Part shown: piece after piece, positions 9,380 to 16,672 of the stretch
How positions within the stretch are numbered: the first letter of the stretch is position 1
Layout of the letters: every line of letters begins with the position of its first letter
Assembly (NCBI GenBank): GCA_044869895.1
Contig: JBIOXZ010000088.1
Coordinates: forward strand, 1-58,375
Direction of reading: 5' to 3'
Length of the DNA: 58,375 bases
Source of the DNA: Actinomycetota bacterium
Lineage (GTDB): Bacteria; Actinomycetota; UBA4738; HRBIN12
Notes under the pieces: model-generated
What the model was told of the DNA's origin: nothing
Seen by the model: only the letters and a program-made list of their open reading frames with translations
Database searches by the model: none
Made by a program: the position numbers and the translations under genes

Positions 9380-10033
9380 TCAGGGCGACGGCGAGTCACT
9401 CGGTGAAGGAGGCTCGGTCGGCGAGTCACTCGGTGAAGGAGAATCGGTCAACGAGTCACTCGGTGAAGGAGACTCGGTCGACGAGTCACTTGGTGAAGGA
9501 GACTCGGTCGACGAGTCACTCGGTGTAGGAGAATCGGTCGGCGAGTCACTCGGTGAGTCGGTCGCTGTGGACGTCGGCGCAGGCGGAAAGGCGGTCGTCG
9601 TCGGCGACGGCACGGGCGGGGTGGACTGGGGGACAGTCGCCGGTGGAGCTTCAGACTCTTCGTTCCCGGCTCCGGTCGTTGGTTCCGTCCCGATCACTGG
9701 TGCTAAGAACGTTTCGTACAGACCGGTGAAGGCCTGTGGGGAGGTGTCTGGTTGCAACCAATGAGCCACGGCGGCCACGAGGTCCGAGGGCCCCGCCATC
9801 TCCCCTGGCGACTCCGGCATGGCCCTGCCAGGCATGACTCCGACTCGATCCCACCAACCGATCCCGCCATTCCCTACAAACGTCCGCAACGCCAGCTGCG
9901 GCGATGCGAGGAACACCAACAGACCGGCGACGCCGGCGCCGACGATCGCAAAGAACAAGACGTCCAGCCATCGCTCGCGATCCCACCGCTCACGACCCCA
10001 CCACGGACGACGGTACGGATCGATCCATCGCAT
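9380..10033 (-). CDS. single-pass membrane protein with Asp/Ser/Pro/Thr-rich tandem-repeat tail
   Basis: ATG 10033 has GGAGGGAAG upstream. It has a W/R-rich N-terminus, a TM helix (VLFFAIVGAGVAGLLVFLA), an ectodomain of about 90 aa, then a PT-rich linker and 10-aa repeats (SDSSTESPSP-type) up to the stop. The minus strand was chosen over plus ORF 9066..9764 because of the RBS and the TM architecture. Confidence 0.55.
   Translation of the reverse strand: MRWIDPYRRPWWGRERWDRERWLDVLFFAIVGAGVAGLLVFLASPQLALRTFVGNGGIGWWDRVGVMPGRAMPESPGEMAGPSDLVAAVAHWLQPDTSPQAFTGLYETFLAPVIGTEPTTGAGNEESEAPPATVPQSTPPVPSPTTTAFPPAPTSTATDSPSDSPTDSPTPSDSSTESPSPSDSSTESPSPSDSLTDSPSPSDSPTEPPSPSDSPSP
9391..9560. repeat. about 5.5 tandem copies of a 30-nt unit (gcgagtcactcggtgaaggaggctcggtcg type)
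   Basis: Read directly. The units at 9391-9420, 9421-9450, 9451-9480, 9481-9510 and 9511-9540, plus a partial copy, differ by a few substitutions. They encode the 10-aa periodic tail of the 9380..10033 protein. Confidence 0.9.
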
Positions 10034-10217
10034 CGGTGCTTCCCTCCGGGTCGACTGATGCGTTATCTGCTGGCTGTCTGCGGCCCAGCGTAGCAGGCGG
10101 GCCCTTGGCCCAGAAATGGGCCGCACCTTACCCTGGACCTGCCCGGCCATAAGGCGTCGTCTACGCCTCCCCGGGGGCCGGATTGAGTGGCGCGGCTACC
10201 ATGTTCAAGCCATCGAC

Positions 10218-11189
10218 ATGACCCTTCGCTACGACCCCATCGCCCTGGAGGACATCCGGACTGCTCAGGACCGGATCCGGGACGACGTCGTCCGGACACC
10301 GCTGATCCGCCTCCCGGTTGACGAGGCTCCCGCGGAGATCTATTTGAAGCTCGAGACCCTTCAGCCCATCGGCTCGTTCAAGCTCCGCGGGGCGAGCAAC
10401 GCCATTCGCCTCGCCGATCCCGATGGGATGCGGGACGGCGTCTGGACCATCAGTGCCGGCAATGCAGGTCAGGGAGTGGCGTGGTCCGCCCGTCGGGTCG
10501 GTGTGCCCTGCACCGTGGTGGTCCCGGAGATCGCCGCGCAGACGAAGCTCGACGCCATGGAGCGGCTGGGAGCTCGGGTCGTCAAGGTCTCGTTCGACGA
10601 ATGGCAGCGGACCGGGATGACGCGCATGCACGAGGGCCTCGACGGCCTGTTCGTCCATCCGTTCAGCGACCAGGCCTTCATGGCGGGCAACGGAACGATC
10701 GGTCTGGAGATCCTCGAGGACCTGCCCGACGTCGATGCGATCCTCGTGCCCTACGGCGGAGGCGGCCTGAGCTGCGGGATCGCGTCCGCCATCCGTGCGG
10801 TCGCGCCGAGGGTGAAGATCTACGCCTGCGAGTATGCCCCCAGCGCACCCCTGGAGGCCTCGCTCGCGGCCGGCCACCCGGTGGAAGTCCCGTACACGCC
10901 GACGTTCGTGGACGGTATCGGCGGCCCCATCGTGTTCCCGGAGATGTTCGACCTCGCGGCGCGGCTCCTCGACGGGTCCATCGTGGTCGGCCTCGATGAT
11001 GTGGCCGACGCGGTGCGATTGCTCGCCGAACGCGCTCGGGTGATCGCCGAGGGCGCCGGGGCGGCCAGCGTGGCGGCGGCGTTCACCGGGAAAGCCAATG
11101 GGAGCAAGGTGGTCTGCATCGTCTCCGGCGGCAACATCGACTCGACGAAGCTCGCGGACATCCTTCGGGGACAAACGCCGTCGGCTTAG
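10218..11189 (+). CDS. PLP-dependent threonine/serine dehydratase (tryptophan-synthase-beta-fold family)
   Basis: ATG 10218 inside ORF 10116..11189. It has the PLP-lysine motif LETLQPIGSFKLRGASNAI and a Gly-rich phosphate loop (VPYGGGGLSCG). Its length of about 320 aa suits a short catabolic-type dehydratase. Confidence 0.8.
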   Translation: MTLRYDPIALEDIRTAQDRIRDDVVRTPLIRLPVDEAPAEIYLKLETLQPIGSFKLRGASNAIRLADPDGMRDGVWTISAGNAGQGVAWSARRVGVPCTVVVPEIAAQTKLDAMERLGARVVKVSFDEWQRTGMTRMHEGLDGLFVHPFSDQAFMAGNGTIGLEILEDLPDVDAILVPYGGGGLSCGIASAIRAVAPRVKIYACEYAPSAPLEASLAAGHPVEVPYTPTFVDGIGGPIVFPEMFDLAARLLDGSIVVGLDDVADAVRLLAERARVIAEGAGAASVAAAFTGKANGSKVVCIVSGGNIDSTKLADILRGQTPSA

Positions 11190-11377
11190 GCAGCCGCCGC
11201 TTACAGCCGCGGTGCTTCTGATCGGCACGAGAAAACTCATCCTGGTGCCTACAGGGTCCTAATTTTCTCTTGACGCCCGCTCCGTCTGCGCGGACCTGAA
11301 CGCCGACTCTGGTACGTCTTGCCTGGAACGGAGGCGCCCGCACTGCGCAGCTTCGAGCCGATACGCTCTTCGAGCCC

Positions 11378-11935
11378 ATGGGCATGGAAGAGCGCTTTAC
11401 GACGATCCTGGCCGCGGCGCAGGCGGGCGCCGAGTGGGCCCTCTCCGAGCTGTACCGGGACCTGCATCCGCGCGTGCTTCGCTACATGCGAGCCCTCGAG
11501 CCGGCCGAAGCCGACGACCTTGCCTCGGAGATCTGGCTCGACGTCGCGCGGGGCCTGGAGCGGTTCGAAGGCGACGACGGCGCCTTCCGGGCTTGGGCGT
11601 TCACGATCGCCCGGCGTCGGCTGGTCGACCTGCGCCGGCAGCGAGCTCGGCGACCTGCGGTTCCCACCTCCATGGAGCGCCTCGTCGAGCACGGCGGCAT
11701 CGGGGACGTCGAGGAGGAAGCCATGGCCGGCCTGACCACTGAGACGGCGGTCGCCCGCATCGCCACCCTTCCTCCGGATCAGGCCGAGGTGGTCCTCCTC
11801 CGGATCCTTGGCGGGCTCAGCGTGCGGGAGGTGGCAGCGATCACGGGGAGGCGTCCCGGGACCGTCCGCGTGCTCCAGCATCGGGCCCTGCGACGCCTGG
11901 CAAGAGAGGTTCGGCGGGAGGCTGTAACGAAATGA
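11378..11935 (+). CDS. ECF-subfamily RNA polymerase sigma-70 factor
   Basis: Region 2 (FRAWAFTIARRRLVDLRR) and region 4 HTH (LPPDQAEVVLLRILGGLSVREVAAITGRRPGTVRVLQHRALRRL) are present. Confidence 0.9.
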   Translation: MGMEERFTTILAAAQAGAEWALSELYRDLHPRVLRYMRALEPAEADDLASEIWLDVARGLERFEGDDGAFRAWAFTIARRRLVDLRRQRARRPAVPTSMERLVEHGGIGDVEEEAMAGLTTETAVARIATLPPDQAEVVLLRILGGLSVREVAAITGRRPGTVRVLQHRALRRLAREVRREAVTK

Positions 11936-12657
11936 CCCCCTGGGACGATTTCGAAGACGAGATGCGTGGGCTGTTCCTCGATCGGGACACCGCTGATCGG
12001 CTCGTGGCCGGTGCCGTCGAGCCCGACGACGCCCCGCCCGGCTACGCGGAGGTCGCTCGTCTGATCCGGGCGGCCGGCGCCCCGCCCACCCCCGCCGAGG
12101 TCATAGGAGAGGAGCAGGCGGTGGCCGCGGCGGCACGAGTGGCGAGCCGCACAACCCCGCACTCGCCCGTTCCCCTGACCAGGAGGTCAAGCGTGAGATC
12201 GAGATTCTTCCGCGTCAAGTTCGCCGCCCTCGTCGTGGCCGGCACCGTTCTCGGCACCACAGGCCTCGCCGCCGCCGGCGTCCTGCCGGACGCTGCGCAG
12301 AACGCGGCGTCCAGCGTGCTGTCCTCGATCGGGATCTCGGTCCCGGCGGCCGATGAGCATCCCGCCATCACCGGCACCGACATCTCGGGAATCGCCACCA
12401 CGACCGACGCCATGGGCGTCGACAAGGGAGCGGAGATCTCGTCAATTGCGAGCGGCGGCATGAGCCAGGCTGGAGTCAACGGCGGGACGGCCGGCACGTC
12501 CGGTTCCGCTCCGGTCACGACCCCCAACACCGGTGGGACGAGCACCGCCGACACGGCCAGCGGTGGCGCAGCCGAAACCGGCACCGCAACCGCCGACGAG
12601 GCGAGCCAGGGACACAGCGCGGCCGGGTCGGGGAACGCCGAAGGCCACACCCCATAG
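11932..12657 (+). CDS. putative anti-sigma factor / membrane protein coupled to the ECF sigma gene
   Basis: Its start overlaps the sigma stop (ATGA at 11932-11935). It has a cytoplasmic N-terminus, one TM helix (FAALVVAGTVLGTTGLAAAGVL) and a Gly/Thr/Ala-rich extracytoplasmic tail. The function is inferred from position only. Confidence 0.5.
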   Translation: MTPWDDFEDEMRGLFLDRDTADRLVAGAVEPDDAPPGYAEVARLIRAAGAPPTPAEVIGEEQAVAAAARVASRTTPHSPVPLTRRSSVRSRFFRVKFAALVVAGTVLGTTGLAAAGVLPDAAQNAASSVLSSIGISVPAADEHPAITGTDISGIATTTDAMGVDKGAEISSIASGGMSQAGVNGGTAGTSGSAPVTTPNTGGTSTADTASGGAAETGTATADEASQGHSAAGSGNAEGHTP

Positions 12658-12711
12658 ACGGCCGTCAGGACGCGGTCACGTACGTCCGCTACGAGCGCCG
12701 AACCGCCCTTT

Positions 12712-14139
12712 TCAGACCGGGACGCCCGAGGATGCGGCGCAGCGAAGGATCGCCTCGGCGGAAAGGTCGATGTCCTGCTCAGTCGTGGACCAGTTGGAGA
12801 TCGAGATCCGCATCGCACCGCGACCCTGCCAGATCGTGCCACCCACCCAACACGTCCCGTCGCGCTGGATCGCCGCGATGACCCCCGCAGTGCGCTCATC
12901 GGCTGCGCGGTCATCGTCGGTGGGCGCAGCGAAGCGGACGAGGACCTGATTGAGGACGACGTCGTTGAGGATCGTCACCCCGGGCGCACCGACGAGCCGC
13001 TCCGCGATCCGGCGGGCGAGCGCGCAGCATCGGTCTACGAGCTCGGCGACGCCGGATCGACCGAGCGAGCGAAGCGCGGTGTAGACGCTGAGGCCTCGGG
13101 CGTGGCGCGATGATTCGGGTACATGGTCGTACGCCTGGTACGCCTCGCCAGCGCCCCGCACCAGATAGGCGGCGGTAACCGTCATCGCCGCCCGGTGGGC
13201 GGCCGGGTCAGCCACGAACACGATCCCGCAGTCGTACGGAACGTTGAGCCATTTGTGGGCGTCGGTAGCCCATGACTGCGCCCTCTCGATCCCGTCGACG
13301 TGATGGCGCAGTCCAGGCGATGTAGCCGCCCAAAGCCCGAAGGCGCCGTCAACATGGAGCCAGGCGCCTCGCTCGGCTGCGACTCCGGATATCTCGCGAA
13401 GCGGATCGAAGGCCCCGGTGTTCACGTTTCCCGCCTGAGCACAGACGATCGTCGGCCCGGTGCTCGCCTCGAGGGCCCGGCGGAGCTCGTCGGCCCGCAT
13501 CCTCCCCTGTCCGTCCACGGGGACCCTCGTCACGCGTTCGCTCCCGAGACCCAGCATCCGCAGCGCGACGAAGATCGTGGTGTGCGCCTCGTCGCCGACG
13601 ACGACATTGACTGGCGGTGCGCCGAATAGCCCACCCGCCTCCACGTCATAGCCCACGGCGTGAAGGACCCCATGACGTGCGGCCGCCAGGCCGGTGAAAT
13701 TGGCCATCGTCGCGCCGGTGACGAATCCCGCGCTCGCGTTCGCAGGCAGCCCGAAGAGCGTCCTGAGCCACGAGCCGACCACCTCCTCCACGACCGACGC
13801 AGCGGGCGAGGCGGGGTAGTTCCCGGCGTTCTGGTCCCACGCGGCGGCCAGCCACTCGGTGGCCACCGTCACGGGGAGGCTTCCACCGATGACGAACCCG
13901 AAGTAGCGCGGCCCGGCGGTGGCAACGAGCCCGGGATCCGCATCGCGTGCGAGGCGCTCGAGGACCTGCTCGGGGTCCTCACCCCGTTCGGGAAGGTTTC
14001 CGCCCAACGTGGCACGCAGGGCGTCCGGCTCGATCGGTCGCCCGACCGGGCGCTTCGCCATTTCGGCCAGGTAATCGATCGCCATCTGGGCGGCCTGCCG
14101 CAAGGGGGCGGGATCCATCGATTGGTCGTTCATCGACAC
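12712..14139 (-). CDS. group II pyridoxal-dependent amino-acid decarboxylase
   Basis: 475-aa ORF with the PLP-lysine region SWATDAHKWLNVPYDCG and the overall aromatic-amino-acid / DABA decarboxylase layout. The start is GTG 14139 or ATG 14133; GAGG lies 8 nt before the latter. Confidence 0.85.
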   Translation of the reverse strand: MSMNDQSMDPAPLRQAAQMAIDYLAEMAKRPVGRPIEPDALRATLGGNLPERGEDPEQVLERLARDADPGLVATAGPRYFGFVIGGSLPVTVATEWLAAAWDQNAGNYPASPAASVVEEVVGSWLRTLFGLPANASAGFVTGATMANFTGLAAARHGVLHAVGYDVEAGGLFGAPPVNVVVGDEAHTTIFVALRMLGLGSERVTRVPVDGQGRMRADELRRALEASTGPTIVCAQAGNVNTGAFDPLREISGVAAERGAWLHVDGAFGLWAATSPGLRHHVDGIERAQSWATDAHKWLNVPYDCGIVFVADPAAHRAAMTVTAAYLVRGAGEAYQAYDHVPESSRHARGLSVYTALRSLGRSGVAELVDRCCALARRIAERLVGAPGVTILNDVVLNQVLVRFAAPTDDDRAADERTAGVIAAIQRDGTCWVGGTIWQGRGAMRISISNWSTTEQDIDLSAEAILRCAASSGVPV

Positions 14140-14145
14140 AGCCTC

Positions 14146-15099
14146 TCAGTTGAGGAGCGCGGGGGCGACCTGCTTTGCGAAGAGCTCCATCGTGAGCTCG
14201 TCGACGGGTGGCCGGGCAACCATGAGGAAGTCTCCGACGCCCATCTCTCGAAACGGCCGCAGCATGTCGGCGAACCGTTCCGGCGTCGTCGTTATGAACC
14301 GTCCCCTGAGCTGGTCCTCGTCGATGCCGGCGGTCGCCGCGCGCTCCTTCGCACGATCCTCCACCTCCGCCTCGGTCGTACCCAGGATCACCGAGGTGCT
14401 GACCTGCTTTCTGATATCCCCCGGATCCCGCCTGAAGTCATTGCAGTGTCCGGCCAACACCTCGAGCTTGTGCCGGTACTCCTCCTCCGGCATGAGGAAG
14501 GTGTTCCACCCGTCGGCCACCTCGGCCACAACTCGAAGCGTCCGGCGCTCCCCCATCCCGCCCACCCACAGCGGGATCGACGGTGACTGCACCGGCTTCG
14601 GCTCGCACAGGGCGTCCTTCAGCCGGTAGTGCTTGCCCTCGAACGTCGTCCGCTTGTTCGTCCACATCGACTTCAGGATCAGGCACGCCTCGCGCAACAT
14701 CTCCGCCCGGGTCCGAAACGGCGGGAACGGGATGCCGTACTGCTGGTGCTCGAGTTCGAACCAGGCGGCGCCAATCCCGAGCTCGAGCCGGCCGGCGGAG
14801 ATGTGGTCGATGGTGACGGCCATGTTCGCCAGCACGGCCGGATGGCGATAGGTCACCCCGGTCACGATCACCCCGCACCGCAAGCGCGAGGTGTGTGCGG
14901 CCGTCGCGGCGAGCAGGGTCTGGGCCTCGAAGCAGGGTCCCTCGGGGTCGGAGAAGATCGGCAGGAAGTGGTCGAAGCACGAGGCCCAATCCAGGCCGAG
15001 GTCCTCGGCCTTCCTCCACGTGGCGAGGTAGTTCGGGAAGTCGGTGTTCTGCTGGCCGACCTGGATCCCGAAACGGAGCCGTCCGTCGAAGATCTGCAC
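14146..15099 (-). CDS. LLM-class (luciferase-like) F420/flavin-dependent oxidoreductase
   Basis: 3' 317 codons of ORF 14146..15744, starting at GTG 15099. Motifs are RFGIQVGQQ, LELGIGAAWFELEHQQYGIPFP and WVGGMGERRTLRVVAEVADGWN. The upstream part of the ORF is Arg/Pro-rich non-coding-looking sequence that overlaps the next gene. Confidence 0.85.
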   Translation of the reverse strand: MQIFDGRLRFGIQVGQQNTDFPNYLATWRKAEDLGLDWASCFDHFLPIFSDPEGPCFEAQTLLAATAAHTSRLRCGVIVTGVTYRHPAVLANMAVTIDHISAGRLELGIGAAWFELEHQQYGIPFPPFRTRAEMLREACLILKSMWTNKRTTFEGKHYRLKDALCEPKPVQSPSIPLWVGGMGERRTLRVVAEVADGWNTFLMPEEEYRHKLEVLAGHCNDFRRDPGDIRKQVSTSVILGTTEAEVEDRAKERAATAGIDEDQLRGRFITTTPERFADMLRPFREMGVGDFLMVARPPVDELTMELFAKQVAPALLN

Positions 15100-15149
15100 G
15101 AGCCATGCTATCCCGGCTCGAAGCGGGCAGAAGGCTCGCCGGCGAAGGG

Positions 15150-15935
15150 CTAGCTCGGGCCAAGAAGGGGCAGCCCCGGTACTAGGAGCACGAGGGCGCT
15201 TGCAAGGATCAGGCCGGCGCCGATCGGCACTACTCCGCGCTCTCCGCCACGGCCCGTCTTCTCGAATACCATCAGTGCGGTGAGCGCGGCCATCCACCAC
15301 ATGTTGGCCACGCCGGCCGCGAACCCCACCAGCATCAACGCCCAACAGCATCCGAGACAGAACAGACCGTGGATCCGGCCGAGCCGGAAGGCCGGACCCG
15401 CGCCGCGTCGGTAGTGCTGAACGAGGAACGAACCCGGGTGCCGGCACTCGGTCAGACATCGCTCCTTGAGTTCCGAGAACTGGAACGCGCCCGCCAGTGC
15501 CAGGACCGAGCCCGCGATCAGCTGCGGATGCGCCGCCAGCCACGGCCAGGTGTGGACGAGCCTGTGAAGGCCGACGTCCCCGCCGAACGCGAGGACCCCG
15601 AACGCCGTCCACACCATCGCGTATCCGGCGATCAGCGCCGCGGTGGCCCGCCCGGGCTTCTGCTGGCCCGCGGCCGCGACGCGGAACAGCCGGATCAGCG
15701 GAAGGCTCGACGGGAGCATCATCGCGGCGATCATCAGCTGCCACGCGAGGACGAAGACCCCGAGGGCTCCCACCATTGGCAACCCGCTGTGGATCAGCGC
15801 GCCGTGGCCGAGGAGCTCGGCCTCTCCGGTGGCCTTGGCTGCGATCGCGACGGCCCAGGCCGTCGCGATCGCCCCGATCAGCACGACCGGCACTCCCGGC
15901 CTGCGGGTTCTGACGCCGGCGACGGCGCCGATCAC
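15150..15935 (-). CDS. DUF2182-family predicted metal-binding integral membrane protein
   Basis: Multi-TM protein with WQLMIAAMMLPSSLP and the Cys cluster FCLGCCWALM, typical of DUF2182. GTG 15935 overlaps the stop of the upstream gene (GTGA), so it is preferred over GTG 15992. Confidence 0.75.
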   Translation of the reverse strand: MIGAVAGVRTRRPGVPVVLIGAIATAWAVAIAAKATGEAELLGHGALIHSGLPMVGALGVFVLAWQLMIAAMMLPSSLPLIRLFRVAAAGQQKPGRATAALIAGYAMVWTAFGVLAFGGDVGLHRLVHTWPWLAAHPQLIAGSVLALAGAFQFSELKERCLTECRHPGSFLVQHYRRGAGPAFRLGRIHGLFCLGCCWALMLVGFAAGVANMWWMAALTALMVFEKTGRGGERGVVPIGAGLILASALVLLVPGLPLLGPS

Positions 15936-16576
15936 GCCGTGTACTCCATCTTCCAGTCGGACTGGATCGCGTTCCGGCCCTCGAATTCCCACTCCATCCC
16001 GTACTCGGGCAGCGTCACGCGGTGCACCGACGCCTTCGAGATCCAGGCCGGCGAGCCTGGGACGGTCGAGAAGACGGAGTCCCGGAGCGTGGTCACGCTG
16101 CCGTCTGGACCGCGGTACGGCTCCATCACGGTCTCGACCTTCCCGGGGATGCTGAGCGTTCCCACGCCCCCTCGGATCTCATGAGACAGGGGGACGCTCT
16201 CGACGCCCTTCACCGTACCGAACAGCTGCGCGAGGTCCGCCATGGGGCCACCGAGCTGCCCGCCGAGCGCGGCCACCAGCGCGTCGCGCTGCTCCGGCGT
16301 GGCCCGATCGTCCACCAGCACGACGATCTCCCAGTTGCCGGCAAGGACGTTGCCCGGGATGTACGCCACCGCCACGACGGATAGCCCCGAGACGTCGATC
16401 CCCTGGATCCGTCCCTCGTCGATGTGGTACGAGATGAAACTGCGGCAGTCGCCCTGGTCCGGATCCTCGCCGATCCAGCAGGGGCACAGGACGTTGCACG
16501 AGCAGGCCTCGATCATCGTCCCCGTGAGGGAGTACACCTCTCCGGCCCCTTGAAGCTTCTCCTCGGTCCTGGCCAT
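15932..16576 (-). CDS. DUF1326-family protein
   Basis: 214 aa with the N-terminal Cys motif IEACSCNVLCPCWIGEDPDQGDC, characteristic of DUF1326. This family is the usual partner of DUF2182. Confidence 0.8.
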   Translation of the reverse strand: MARTEEKLQGAGEVYSLTGTMIEACSCNVLCPCWIGEDPDQGDCRSFISYHIDEGRIQGIDVSGLSVVAVAYIPGNVLAGNWEIVVLVDDRATPEQRDALVAALGGQLGGPMADLAQLFGTVKGVESVPLSHEIRGGVGTLSIPGKVETVMEPYRGPDGSVTTLRDSVFSTVPGSPAWISKASVHRVTLPEYGMEWEFEGRNAIQSDWKMEYTA

Positions 16577-16645
16577 TCCTCCTCCTCTCCGGGTGCCGGA
16601 CGATCGCCGGGCCCCCGCTCCTGCTCGGATGGCGTGAATCCGGGG

Positions 16646-16659
16646 GGAACAACTGTTCC
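16646..16659. promoter_or_regulatory. palindrome GGAACA-AC-TGTTCC upstream of the DUF1326 operon (candidate operator)
   Basis: Perfect 6-2-6 inverted repeat read directly. It lies 70-83 nt upstream of ATG 16576 and 14 nt after the stop of the upstream pseudogene. The loop is too small for a good terminator hairpin. Confidence 0.3.
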
Positions 16660-16672
16660 TGGCCTTGCCCGC

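Noticed and set aside
9391-9560. Regularly spaced 30-nt repeats as a possible CRISPR array. The same question was asked of the repeats at 24121-24270 and 51494-51702.
   Set aside because: The units are directly tandem with no unique spacers, lie inside ORFs, and no cas genes are present. They are coding tandem repeats.
9066-9764. A plus-strand ORF through the 30-nt repeats (GESLGEGDSVDESLGEG...) as the real gene.
   Set aside because: It has no RBS or credible N-terminus. The minus-strand ORF has a GGAGGGAAG RBS, a TM helix and an ectodomain followed by the repeat tail.
11290-11377. A GGAAC motif (about 11326) and TGAAC..CGTCT (about 11300-11325) as an autoregulated ECF promoter upstream of the sigma gene.
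   Set aside because: The spacing between the -35-like and -10-like elements (13 nt for TGAAC-CGTCT; no CGTC-type -10 at 16-17 nt after GGAAC) does not fit typical ECF promoters. This is not supportable from sequence alone.
14146-15744. N-terminal extensions offered by the ORF track: 532 aa for the LLM gene, 653 aa for cimA at 52413..54374, 487 aa for the NuoF-like gene, and 324 aa for the GNAT gene.
   Set aside because: The extensions are Arg/Pro-rich and overlap the upstream genes. Internal starts with RBS or start-stop coupling give proteins of the canonical family length.
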